A stretch of 64,000 nucleotides of DNA. Origin: Spirochaetia bacterium (GTDB lineage Bacteria > Spirochaetota > Spirochaetia > UBA9216). The DNA lies in contig CAXXYH010000004.1 of the NCBI GenBank assembly GCA_963677925.2, positions 2,080,001-2,144,000 on the forward strand, given 5' to 3'. Each line of letters opens with the position of its first letter. Position 1 is the first letter of the stretch. Shown piece by piece: positions 18,568-28,223 of the stretch. The translations under genes were made by a program, and so were the position numbers. A model generated the notes under the pieces. That model was not told the origin of the DNA. It did not search any database and saw only the letters and a list, made by a program, of their open reading frames with translations.

Positions 18568-19743
18568 TTAACCAAGGTTATTAATAAGTATAGATGATTC
18601 CTGCTCAAGAATGTCACAAAATTGCTCAATTTCTTCGGTTTTTGTCGAGGGACCGGTTGAGATCCGGATTGAAGAAAAGGAATCTGCTGATTCTACCCCC
18701 ATCGCGTTCATGACACGGTAATTCTTTTTCTTTTTATTGCTGCAGGCCGAGCCTGTAGAGATATCAAATCCGCGGTCGCTCATTACCCTGACTATGATTT
18801 CTCCGGGTACGGGTTTTAATGAAACAGAGAGTATATATGGAGAGAACAGTTCCTGATTCACAAGTTTTTCAGCGTCGCTGAAAGGAAGAAACTCTGCGCC
18901 TTTGATTTTACTTATTCTGTTAATGAGCAGTTTTTTGTTTTTGAGTGCTGTCGCGATGTTCTCCGGCATCATGCCGTGATATTTCTGAGAAGCTTCAGCT
19001 GTTGCAATTATCCCCTGAAGGTTTTCTGTGCCGTGACGGATATCATTCTCCTGACCGCCTCCGGTGTATACAGTTTCCAGAGGTTTTGAAAGATAAAGTA
19101 TACCGCAGCCCCTTGGTCCCTGAAATTTGTGACTGCTTACAGAGGCTGAATGAAGGCCGGGAATATTCATGCTGAAGGGGATTTTACATACTGCCTGTAC
19201 GGCATCGGCATGAAAGTGAACCCTGAATCCGGGCTGTCGGTTTAAATCTGCAATTCCGGCGGCAATTTCTTTAACCGGCTGAATGCTTCCTGTTTCGTTG
19301 TTTACAAGCATGCATGAGGCGAACCGGGTGTTTTTATCAATCTTTTCGATAAACTTTTCCGGCCGTATCCTTCCGTCGGGTTCCGGATTTACTACGCGAA
19401 GTTCCCATCCCATCCGTGAGAGCAGTACAGCCGGTTCGTATACCGAGGGGTGTTCGATGCCGGAGATTACTAAATTACCGGTCTGTTTTTTCTTCAGAAA
19501 CGAGCTTATCACAAGGTTGTTTGATTCTGTGCCTCCGGAAGTGAAGTACAGTTTATCAGCAGCGGTTCCCAGTACCTCGGCACAGATTTGCCGTGAGCTC
19601 TCAAGCAGTTTACCGGCATCCTTACCGCTGTTGTGCAGCGATGAAGGGTTTCCGAATGTATGCAGCGATGTTTCCGCCGCGTTAAGGATTACTTCACGAT
19701 CCGGTACAGCTGTAGCTGCCCAGTCAAGATAAATTCTGCTCAT
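18568..19743 (-). CDS. Cysteine desulfurase (IscS/NifS class I)
   Basis: YLDWAAT, GNPSS, TSGGTESNN, SSHK (PLP lysine), STGSAC. Confidence 0.93.
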   Translation of the reverse strand: MSRIYLDWAATAVPDREVILNAAETSLHTFGNPSSLHNSGKDAGKLLESSRQICAEVLGTAADKLYFTSGGTESNNLVISSFLKKKQTGNLVISGIEHPSVYEPAVLLSRMGWELRVVNPEPDGRIRPEKFIEKIDKNTRFASCMLVNNETGSIQPVKEIAAGIADLNRQPGFRVHFHADAVQAVCKIPFSMNIPGLHSASVSSHKFQGPRGCGILYLSKPLETVYTGGGQENDIRHGTENLQGIIATAEASQKYHGMMPENIATALKNKKLLINRISKIKGAEFLPFSDAEKLVNQELFSPYILSVSLKPVPGEIIVRVMSDRGFDISTGSACSNKKKKNYRVMNAMGVESADSFSSIRISTGPSTKTEEIEQFCDILEQESSILINNLG

Positions 19744-19909
19744 AGTGTGATGATAATAGTAGTCTGACGCCTTTTTTTCAAGCCACAGAAGCAGGGTCGG
19801 CTTTGACTGTAACGTGATACTTAAAAATGCTTCTATTCACTGTTCATATATAGAAAAAATAATAAACTTCTCTTGAAGAAATCCCATTTTCAGTATATTC
19901 TTTTCCGAT

Positions 19910-20212
19910 ATGGAAAAAGATTGCTGTCCTGAAGACGAAATTAAAACAATCGCTGAAAAGCTGAAGGTCTGCGGCCATCCGGTCCGGCTTAAGATCCTGT
20001 GTCTGATTGAAAAGCAGGATTCATGTGTAACTGATTTATGGCAGTGCCTTGATCAGTCCCAGCCCGTAATCTCCCAGCACCTTGCTGTTCTCAAAGAAAA
20101 GGGTATTGTGGAGTCTGATATTCAGGGTAACCGGCGTATCTACTCAATCTGCGACCCCTTCATAAAGACTGTAGTAAAATCCTTCCCCTTTGTTGAAAAT
20201 GTAGGAAACTGA
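19910..20212 (+). CDS. ArsR/SmtB-family regulator, Cys-rich
   Basis: HPVRLKILC, SQPVISQHL..L..KG, RIYSI winged HTH. Confidence 0.92.
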   Translation: MEKDCCPEDEIKTIAEKLKVCGHPVRLKILCLIEKQDSCVTDLWQCLDQSQPVISQHLAVLKEKGIVESDIQGNRRIYSICDPFIKTVVKSFPFVENVGN

Positions 20213-20228
20213 TAATTTTATTTGATAT

Positions 20229-20262
20229 AAAAAAAGGCTGAACATCGTGTTCAGCCTTTTTT
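20229..20262. terminator. Bidirectional terminator
   Basis: A7-GGCTGAACA-tcg-TGTTCAGCC-T6. Confidence 0.88.
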
Positions 20263-20287
20263 AATGCCTGATGCAGCTTTAATATCT

Positions 20288-21883
20288 CTACTCGGCAAGT
20301 TTTACAAAATTTTGATAGGCCGTTATTGCTCCATCAACTGCTGTATAGACGGCGGAGAGTATTCCAATCCAGGTAAGTATTGTAGACGCAGTGCTGTAGA
20401 CATCTCCGATATTTCCCATGATATTTTTCTCAACGTAAATCACGGAACCGGGGGGAACATCATCATAGAGTCCGATTTTTGTACGGTTGCCGTCGAGATC
20501 TATCAAAGTGAAGGTCTTCATGTTGGCGTTATCTTCATCGAAGCCGCCTGCAGCTGTGATATAGTCGATTGCCCGGTAGTCGCTTACATAGGCAATTGTT
20601 GAAGTCGTTGTATCGGATGTATACATGGCACCGAAAACACTTACATAGGTCCGTTCAACAGGAACCAATATGTGGTCGCCCGGCTTTAACGGAATATCCA
20701 GGGTTAAATCCCTGGTCTGCCAGAGTTCATCAACATCCACCGAGATAAATTCGCCTTCTGCTTTTCTTCTAACTTCGGAACGGTGTGATATTGCATAGGG
20801 TGTCGGTCCGCCAACTGAGTCCAGGACATCAAGAAGAGTAATTCCCGGGTAGAATGCTACCTCAAGTTTTACACCTCTGGTGGGAGCGGTGAACGGTTCA
20901 AAGCTTGTATTCGGTTTCCCGTAAACAGCACCTTCAACAGTAATAGTTTCAGCTCTCTCACTTAATGAAGAAATATAAACCGAATCGCCGTTGACCATTG
21001 ATGTGGCTGCCGCTTCGGTCAGTTTAGCTGATTTTCTGGCATAGGTACCGTCGGACTCAAGCCGCGTAATCTCAATCCTGTCTTTCTGTGCATCAGGTCT
21101 TACCCCGCCGGCCAGTTTTATCAGGGTTTCGAGGTTTTCTTCGGGCTGAAGTTCGTATATTCCAGGATATTTGATTTTTCCGGTTATGTTTACAACGGTT
21201 TCAGCCATTGGGACATATATCTTATCACCGGGCTGGAGCCTTGGGTTTGAGTCGAAATCAGCATTCTGATAAAATCTGGAAAGATCGACTTTTATCTCTT
21301 CTTCACCGCGTATTATTGTGACGTTCCTGTAGGAAGCGTTATCCTTGAATCCCGCACACATCGATATTGCATCGACTACGGTTGTCACCGGTGTTGCATT
21401 GATGTAACCGGAAACTGAAACACCCCCATAGATGAATACGTTGAAGTGTGCAGGGGAGGCAAGATTGAAAGTTATATACTGAACGGGTGTCATCCGTGCT
21501 ATTTCATCTGAAATAAAAGCCTGAAGCTGGGATATGGTTTTTCCGGCTACATTGGTTTCACCTATAAAGGGCAGTACCATTGAGTAATCCTGCTGCAGCT
21601 GGATGTTGTATGTTGTTATATAGTCGGCGCTGCGTTCGCTGTTGGATCCGTAATTTATCAGCAGGGTGAAAACATCTCCCGGTGTAAGTGGATAGTTGTC
21701 AAGCGCTTCAAAATTAGTTGAATAACTCTGCGATGTATTCAGCAGTGCGGCTGAATTGGTGAGTACATATTTAAAAATATCAGCCTGCAGGCCGAATCCG
21801 CTGCTCTCACTTTCTGCGTCCTGGGCGACGGCCGGAAAAATAAGCGCTGTAAGGATTAATACAGTAAGTAACGTCTTTTTCAT
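20288..21883 (-). CDS. SLBB-repeat polysaccharide export-like protein (Wza/KpsD-like)
   Basis: Signal peptide; YPLTPGD, LPFIG..V.GKT; repeated G.V..PG.Y / L.PGD.I.VP SLBB motifs; C-terminal amphipathic helix. Confidence 0.82.
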   Translation of the reverse strand: MKKTLLTVLILTALIFPAVAQDAESESSGFGLQADIFKYVLTNSAALLNTSQSYSTNFEALDNYPLTPGDVFTLLINYGSNSERSADYITTYNIQLQQDYSMVLPFIGETNVAGKTISQLQAFISDEIARMTPVQYITFNLASPAHFNVFIYGGVSVSGYINATPVTTVVDAISMCAGFKDNASYRNVTIIRGEEEIKVDLSRFYQNADFDSNPRLQPGDKIYVPMAETVVNITGKIKYPGIYELQPEENLETLIKLAGGVRPDAQKDRIEITRLESDGTYARKSAKLTEAAATSMVNGDSVYISSLSERAETITVEGAVYGKPNTSFEPFTAPTRGVKLEVAFYPGITLLDVLDSVGGPTPYAISHRSEVRRKAEGEFISVDVDELWQTRDLTLDIPLKPGDHILVPVERTYVSVFGAMYTSDTTTSTIAYVSDYRAIDYITAAGGFDEDNANMKTFTLIDLDGNRTKIGLYDDVPPGSVIYVEKNIMGNIGDVYSTASTILTWIGILSAVYTAVDGAITAYQNFVKLAE

Positions 21884-21969
21884 GAGCGAATGATATCAGT
21901 CTCAAGATTGGTAGTCAACTGCGGATTCATATATCCATGCCTCGAAATATAGTCTATAATCATAAGCAT

Positions 21970-23028
21970 ATGAAGCAGTTAACAGTAAGACTTTCCGAAT
22001 ATACAACAGATCTGATAATCGATAAAAAAGTGGATCCCGACTGGATTTCTGAAAACGGAATAACCGGAAACATTGTGGTCTCCGATACAAATATTGCCGG
22101 ACTCCCGGCTTCCGAATTTATCAGTGAAATTAATGCTCATCAGGTGGTTCTCAGCCCCGGTGAGGCGGCCAAAAACCTCAATTCCGTGCAGAAAATCTGT
22201 GCCGAAGCGCTTGACTGCGGTCTGGGAAGAGACAGTCTTTTTACCGGTGTAGGCGGCGGTGTTGTCTGTGATATGACAGCCTTTGCCGCTTCCATTTATA
22301 TGCGCGGGTGCCGCGTCAATCTTGTTCCGACAAGCCTTCTTTCAATGGTAGATGCTACTATCGGCGGGAAAACCGGTGTAGACTTCATGGACCGGAAAAA
22401 TATTCTGGGCAGCTTCTTTCCTGCATGCAGGATCTTCATAGCTACTGAATATCTTGAAAGTCTTTCAAATGATGAATATTTGAGCGGACTGGCCGAAATC
22501 ATCAAGCACGCCTTCCTTACCGGCGGAGAGCTTCTTGATATTCTTAGCGAGAGCAGAACCGATGTTCTGAAGCGGGATCCCGAGCTTCTTGAAGAAATAA
22601 TATATAAAAGCCTTCTGATTAAAGCCCGCTATGTTGAAGAGGATTTCCGTGAAGCCGGTATACGGGCCCATCTTAATTTCGGACATACCTTCGGTCATGC
22701 CCTCGAAACTGCAGCAGGTCTCGGCAGGTTCACTCACGGCGGTGCTGTAGCCTGGGGAATGGCCCGGGCGTTAAAAGCCGGGGTCCTTCTGGGCCATACA
22801 GACCAGGGATATGCTGAAATGGCGATAGAACTTCTAAAACAATACGGTTACCACCTTGATTTCAGTGATTTTGATACAGATACTTTTATTAATGCCGCCG
22901 GTGCTGACAAGAAGAAAAAGGACGGTGAAGTTCGCTTTGTTCTTCAGAACGGGCTTGCCGACACCTTTCTTACGCCGGTAGAGGCTGAAATTCTAAGGGT
23001 GGTAATCGAAGGACATAATGAAATTTAA
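21970..23028 (+). CDS. aroB: 3-dehydroquinate synthase
   Basis: GEAAK, GGGVVCD, VPTSLLSMVDATIGGKT, LNFGHTFGHALE; start set at ATG 21970. Confidence 0.93.
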   Translation: MKQLTVRLSEYTTDLIIDKKVDPDWISENGITGNIVVSDTNIAGLPASEFISEINAHQVVLSPGEAAKNLNSVQKICAEALDCGLGRDSLFTGVGGGVVCDMTAFAASIYMRGCRVNLVPTSLLSMVDATIGGKTGVDFMDRKNILGSFFPACRIFIATEYLESLSNDEYLSGLAEIIKHAFLTGGELLDILSESRTDVLKRDPELLEEIIYKSLLIKARYVEEDFREAGIRAHLNFGHTFGHALETAAGLGRFTHGGAVAWGMARALKAGVLLGHTDQGYAEMAIELLKQYGYHLDFSDFDTDTFINAAGADKKKKDGEVRFVLQNGLADTFLTPVEAEILRVVIEGHNEI

Positions 23029-23824
23029 AACTGCGTATAATCCTGAGCATTCAGCAAAAGCAGATGACTACGTATTTATATTTGCAGGCCCCGATCTTCT
23101 GCTTGTAAATGAGGGGCTGCCGCGGGTTTCCGATGTTCCGGGTATCAAGGCTCTTGATGAAGAGCCTGTTTTTCTGGGTGAACTCGGTGAAAGCAGCTGT
23201 CTTGCCGCATCTGTAATATCAAAGGAAGACTTCTCAGTTCCGGAAACAGCAGATTTCTTTCCGCTTCGTACAAATCTTTCACTGCTCGGTACTGAAGAGG
23301 CGGCCGCCGCCGGGTTTGCATCCCATATCCTTCACTGGCATAACAAAAGCCGTTACTGCGGCGTATGCGGAAGCCGGATGAACTGGCTGCCGAAGGAACG
23401 GGCTAAGCATTGTGATAAATGTGGTAATACCGAATTCCCGAGAATCTCCCCGGCCATCATCATTGGAATAGAAAATGAAGGTAAAATACTTCTGGCTCAC
23501 AACCGTAGATTCCCGGACGGCCGCTACAGCGTTCTTGCCGGTTTTATGGAACCGGGCGAGACAATCGAGGAGACAGCAGAAAGGGAAGTATTTGAAGAAG
23601 TCGGAATCCGGATAAAAAATATCAAATATCTTGCCAGCCAGAGCTGGTCATTTCCTGATTCCCTGATGATAGGACTAACCGCAGAATATGCAGGCGGTGA
23701 AATAAAACCGGATGGTGTTGAAATCGAACATGCTGACTGGTTTACTGCTGACAATTTCCCGGCTATCCCGGATCACAGAACGATAGCCAGAAAAATAATA
23801 GATGAATATGCGAAAAAAAATTAA
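23018..23824 (+). CDS. nudC: NAD(H) pyrophosphatase NudC
   Basis: YCGVCG..CDKCG zinc ribbon; Nudix box GFMEPGETIEETAEREVFEEVG; SQSWSFP. Confidence 0.93.
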   Translation: MKFKTAYNPEHSAKADDYVFIFAGPDLLLVNEGLPRVSDVPGIKALDEEPVFLGELGESSCLAASVISKEDFSVPETADFFPLRTNLSLLGTEEAAAAGFASHILHWHNKSRYCGVCGSRMNWLPKERAKHCDKCGNTEFPRISPAIIIGIENEGKILLAHNRRFPDGRYSVLAGFMEPGETIEETAEREVFEEVGIRIKNIKYLASQSWSFPDSLMIGLTAEYAGGEIKPDGVEIEHADWFTADNFPAIPDHRTIARKIIDEYAKKN

Positions 23825-26330
23825 TTCTGAACAGCTCCCTGTATACCGGGAGAAAGAGCGGATACTCCGCTATATTGAAAAAAATCAGGTTGTAGTAGTC
23901 GAAAGCCCAACAGGCTCGGGTAAAACAACGCAGCTTCCGCTTATCCTTCACAATGCCGGGTACTCAAAAGCCGGCGTTATAGGCGTAACACAGCCCCGGC
24001 GTATTGCCGCACTTTCGGTCTGTGAATACATCGCGGACCAGACCGGCACCGAAACGGGAACCCTCGCCGGTTATAAAATGCGTTTTGAGGATGTCACCTC
24101 ACCTGAAACCCGTATTAAAATAATGACTGACGGAATACTGCTTCAGGAGCTGAAGGCTGATCCGTATCTCAGCCGGTACTCGGTTATTATGGTTGATGAG
24201 GCGCATGAACGAAGCCTCAATATCGATTTTATTCTGGGTCTCCTGAAAAAGGTGCTTGATGAGCGGAAGGACCTCAAGGTAATAATTTCTTCTGCAACGA
24301 TCAATGCCGAAGTCTTTTCGGAATATTTCAATAAATGTCCGGTCATACATATAGATACCGAGATCTTCCCGATTGATATTTTCTATGAGCCGCCTTCTGT
24401 GGAATCCTCAGATGAGGAAATGATCAGAAAGATTACAGAAATTGTCACAAGGACTGTCCGTAAGAATTACGGCGGCGATATTCTTATCTTTCTACCCGGT
24501 GAAAAGGTAATTAAGGACTGCATCAAGTCTTTGAGCACATCGGATGTAAGAAAGAATCTTTTCATACTTCCGCTGTATGCCCGGCTCAGCAGGGAAGAGC
24601 AGGAGCAGGTATTCATCGACACGCCTGAGGGGAAAACAAAGGTAGTTGTGAGCACCAATATTGCCGAGACCAGCGTCACTATCGACGGAATTGCTACGGT
24701 AATTGACTCTGGCCGTGCAAAGATCAATTTCTACAGTCCCACTACCTATACATCATCGCTTGTTGAAAAACCAATTGCAACCGCCTCATGCAACCAGAGG
24801 AAGGGCCGCGCCGGGCGAACCGGTCCCGGCAGATGCTACAGGCTTTATTCAAAACAGGATTTTACGGATCGGCCGATGTTCACTCTTGAAGAAATCTACC
24901 GGACCGACCTTTCCGAAGTAGTCCTGCGAATGGCAGAGCTTGGAATCAGCGAATTCAGTGAATTTGATTTTATATCTCCACCCGGAAAGGATGGGATCGT
25001 TTCGGCGGTTGAGACTTTAAGGCTGCTCGGAGCTCTGAATGATGAGAACGGTCTTTCAGCTGTCGGTGAAATGATGGCTGCCTTCCCTATGCTTCCAAGG
25101 CATTCCAGAATGATAGTTGAAGCAATAAACAGGTATCCGGATGTTCTTGAAGAAACCATTACTGCAGCGGCATTCCTGTCCGCGCATTCTCCTTATCTGC
25201 TTCCGCAGGGCGAGGAAATGGCTGCCAGAAGCGCACACCACAGCTTCAGCGATACCGGCGGAGACTTTGTTTCATACCTGAAGCTTCTTGATGCTTTTAT
25301 AGAAGCTGACGATAAAGAGAAGTTCTGTACACGTTTTTATCTTGATGAGAAAACGATGACCGAGATAAACAATATCAAGTTTCAGATTGAGGAAATTGTT
25401 CGTGAAATCGGAGTTCCTATCTCCGCCGGCGGAAGTACCGAGGATTATTTATGCGCGGTTTCCGGCGGGCTTATGCAGTTTGTCTGCTGCAGGACAGGAC
25501 GCGGTGTTTACCGCAGCCTTACCGCCGAGCAGATTCTGATACATCCGGGCTCGGTTATGTTCAGGGAAAACCCGCGGTTCATTGTAGCCGGAGAAGTTGT
25601 CCGGACTTCCCGCATGTTCGCACGATCAGTTTCTCCGCTTAAAAAGGAATGGCTTAAACGAATTTCGGAAGACCTTTTCTATGAGCTGGTTATATACAAT
25701 GAAGGGCAGCAGCCTGACGGCCGTCAGCAGGCGGGGCAGCGAGGCTCCGTAAAGGAAAAGGGGCATAAGCAGGAAGGCCGTACCGGCTCTGGAGTTGCAA
25801 TCGGGGGCGTAAGCTTTGATGTAAAGCCCTGGAAAAGCAATAAAAAGATTATAGAACTGCCCTGGAGTAAGCTCAGGCCAGTTCTTGAACGGATAAGTGA
25901 AAAAGATCTTTCACGGATAAAGAAATACCGCGGCAATGTTCTTGTCGGCGGCGGAGAATTTCTTACCGGTGTGAGAATGCGTACAATTGTTAAAATATGC
26001 AGTGTAGTTGATCCTGAGCGTGATTCAACTATGGAGATGCCGGCAGCTTTTTTCGCCGATGAAAATGTGGACTGGGCGCCTGTGGTAGCCGGTATGAATA
26101 AAATAATGAAATTGTACCGGAAGGAGCGCCGAAAGAAAACTTTCGGGTTTATTACCCTCCATACCGACGGTAACCGGAGTTACTGGTATCAGGCCGGCAG
26201 GAGTTTTACCTCTTCTATACAGGAAAGTATTTCAAGTCTTGAGGTTCTTGCGGATCAGGCTTCCGACAGTGATGTTTTAAAGAAAGTCAGTTCTGTTTAC
26301 CGCAGATTGAATGAACTTCTTGAATTGTAA
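23802..26330 (+). CDS. hrpA: ATP-dependent DEAH RNA helicase HrpA
   Basis: GSGKTTQ, TQPRR, DEAH, SAT, TNIAETS, QRKGRAGR, HA2 and OB regions. Confidence 0.93.
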   Translation: MNMRKKINSEQLPVYREKERILRYIEKNQVVVVESPTGSGKTTQLPLILHNAGYSKAGVIGVTQPRRIAALSVCEYIADQTGTETGTLAGYKMRFEDVTSPETRIKIMTDGILLQELKADPYLSRYSVIMVDEAHERSLNIDFILGLLKKVLDERKDLKVIISSATINAEVFSEYFNKCPVIHIDTEIFPIDIFYEPPSVESSDEEMIRKITEIVTRTVRKNYGGDILIFLPGEKVIKDCIKSLSTSDVRKNLFILPLYARLSREEQEQVFIDTPEGKTKVVVSTNIAETSVTIDGIATVIDSGRAKINFYSPTTYTSSLVEKPIATASCNQRKGRAGRTGPGRCYRLYSKQDFTDRPMFTLEEIYRTDLSEVVLRMAELGISEFSEFDFISPPGKDGIVSAVETLRLLGALNDENGLSAVGEMMAAFPMLPRHSRMIVEAINRYPDVLEETITAAAFLSAHSPYLLPQGEEMAARSAHHSFSDTGGDFVSYLKLLDAFIEADDKEKFCTRFYLDEKTMTEINNIKFQIEEIVREIGVPISAGGSTEDYLCAVSGGLMQFVCCRTGRGVYRSLTAEQILIHPGSVMFRENPRFIVAGEVVRTSRMFARSVSPLKKEWLKRISEDLFYELVIYNEGQQPDGRQQAGQRGSVKEKGHKQEGRTGSGVAIGGVSFDVKPWKSNKKIIELPWSKLRPVLERISEKDLSRIKKYRGNVLVGGGEFLTGVRMRTIVKICSVVDPERDSTMEMPAAFFADENVDWAPVVAGMNKIMKLYRKERRKKTFGFITLHTDGNRSYWYQAGRSFTSSIQESISSLEVLADQASDSDVLKKVSSVYRRLNELLEL

Positions 26331-26369
26331 CGGATTGTAACATAATCTTAATTCATCTGAAGGCCGGCA

Positions 26370-26385
26370 TGGCATAAATCCTGCA
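26370..26385 (+). promoter_or_regulatory. Putative sigma54 (-24/-12) promoter
   Basis: TGGCATAAATCCTGCA is an exact GG-N10-GC, close to TGGCAC-N5-TTGCW; it ends 13 nt before ATG 26399. Confidence 0.6.
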
Positions 26386-26398
26386 ATCCGGTCTTCAA

Positions 26399-27259
26399 AT
26401 GAAAAATAAAGATACCCTTACAAAAAAAGTATTAACATGGCAGAAAAACGGCACCGGCTATGATGATCTGCTTAAAGAAATATCAGCCATGGTTTATTCG
26501 TATCCGAAACGGCATTTCTGCTGGACCGAGGATCAATGTTCAGATTTTTATTGTTATTTCTATAAAAGAATAGAAAAAATTATGAAAGGCTTCCGATACT
26601 GCGGTATCCCGTTTAGAAGCTACCTGTATAGAAGTATAAAATGCCAGGTGCATACTTTTCACCGTAAAACACAGAAAAAGCAGCAGCAGAATGCACTGTT
26701 TTTTCATGAATCAAAAATTCTGATTGAAGAACTTGGCGACATAATGAATTCTTCAAAACTCAGACCTTCCGTACATGCTGTAAACATCCTTCAGCTTGAC
26801 AGAAAAAGGAACATGCTGAACACAGGAGCAGGACGGCGCGTGATAATGCTTGCCTTAAAAAGTGCACCTTTCCTTACCGACAGTCATATTGAGGCTGTTT
26901 CAAAAATGACTGGCTGTTCCGAGGACTGGTTTTTTGAAAAAGTCAGTAAATTGCGAAGAATAACAGAACGCAGAAGTAAGAGAATTAAAGAGTTTGATCT
27001 GAGGATTAACAGGGCATATCTGCAGATCTATCAGCTTCATACTGAAATAAGCAGCGGGATCACATTTGAAACCGGCGAAGTTGAAACTAAGCTGTCATTG
27101 GTAAAACAAAGGATGGATAAAGCCCTGAAGGGCAGGGAAAGCCTTCGGACAGTTCCTACGAACAGGGAGATTGCAGATGTACTGGAAGTCCCGAAAGGGT
27201 CAATCGATTCGGGACTTTATTACATTAAAAAAAGTCTCCAGCCCCTGCTTGAAGAATAA
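26399..27259 (+). CDS. Divergent sigma70-family-like protein
   Basis: Region-2-like N-terminus (D..SDFY..F..GIPFRSYLYRSIK); region-4-like HTH PTNREIADVLEVPKGSIDSGLYYIKK; very basic. Confidence 0.6.
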   Translation: MKNKDTLTKKVLTWQKNGTGYDDLLKEISAMVYSYPKRHFCWTEDQCSDFYCYFYKRIEKIMKGFRYCGIPFRSYLYRSIKCQVHTFHRKTQKKQQQNALFFHESKILIEELGDIMNSSKLRPSVHAVNILQLDRKRNMLNTGAGRRVIMLALKSAPFLTDSHIEAVSKMTGCSEDWFFEKVSKLRRITERRSKRIKEFDLRINRAYLQIYQLHTEISSGITFETGEVETKLSLVKQRMDKALKGRESLRTVPTNREIADVLEVPKGSIDSGLYYIKKSLQPLLEE

Positions 27260-28084
27260 TCAGATTGTTTTAAGCTTTGTGCTTAAAATAGCCTGCTCAA
27301 CAGGAAATCTTTTCAATTCGAAGCGATCGGCAATTTCCGAACATCCGTCGAGTGAGGACAGAACGTTCTCGGGCTTATGGGCATCAGAATTATAAACAAC
27401 CTCGATATCGTACGCAGCGGCTTTTTCCCAGAAGGGCAGCAGCGGATATACGTGTCTTTTCCCCTCGGGGGTATCAACCATTTTCTTCCGGAGTCCGTAT
27501 CCGTTAATTTCAAGCGGTATTTTACATTGCTCGGCAGCCGACAGAATATCTGCTGCGCAGGCATCGGCGTTCTCATCCCACTTCATATAGCCGTAGCCGA
27601 AACTGTCGGGATGGGCAATGAAGCTGCAGTAACCGCATTCCATTAGATCAACAGTTTCCTTAACAAAGGATCTCAGATGAGCTGCTGAGGTCGCCTCTTC
27701 CAGCCATATCCAGCTGCCGTTGTGTTTTATCCAGTGAACTCCTCCGATCAGATAATCAATGTCGGTTCGCGAAAGAATAACATCCTCATAATATGAAGAA
27801 AAAGCCTTAACTATATCCATCTCAAACCCGCCAAGTACATTAATCCCGGGAAAGAGCTCCCTGGCTTCCTTTATTGCATCAAAATATCCGTCAAGTTCTT
27901 CTTCTTCCATCCGGTAGGCAGTCCATATTCCCTCAAGCATGGGCGGATGTTCTGTGAATCCTATGGAGCTTGCATTTTGTTCAGACGCTTGTTTAAGGTA
28001 ATCTTTTATATCTCCTGTTGCATGTTTGCAGCGGTAGGTATGTGTGTGAAAATTAAATTTCTGTTGAGTATTTGTATTGTTCAT
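27260..28084 (-). CDS. PHP-family histidinol-phosphate phosphatase (HisJ/HisK type)
   Basis: NFHTHTYRCKHA, GFTEH, GGVH, AHPD, NSDAH. Confidence 0.85.
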   Translation of the reverse strand: MNNTNTQQKFNFHTHTYRCKHATGDIKDYLKQASEQNASSIGFTEHPPMLEGIWTAYRMEEEELDGYFDAIKEARELFPGINVLGGFEMDIVKAFSSYYEDVILSRTDIDYLIGGVHWIKHNGSWIWLEEATSAAHLRSFVKETVDLMECGYCSFIAHPDSFGYGYMKWDENADACAADILSAAEQCKIPLEINGYGLRKKMVDTPEGKRHVYPLLPFWEKAAAYDIEVVYNSDAHKPENVLSSLDGCSEIADRFELKRFPVEQAILSTKLKTI

Positions 28085-28142
28085 GATATATCATTCTCTA
28101 ATTTTAACCGATATTTATCAAGCAGGCCGGGCAAGAATTAAT

Positions 28143-28192
28143 TTGACAGTTTCACCGAATGCTTTATAATGAAACTGTTAACTTCACCGAAT
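28143..28192 (+). promoter_or_regulatory. Sigma70 promoter with overlapping operator-like repeats
   Basis: TTGACA(28143)-16-TATAAT(28165); inverted repeat ACAGTTTCA-N15-TGAAACTGT; direct repeat TTCACCGAAT at 28151 and 28183. Confidence 0.65.
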
Positions 28193-28223
28193 ATATTCAA
28201 TAACTTTAAATTATTTACAGAGG

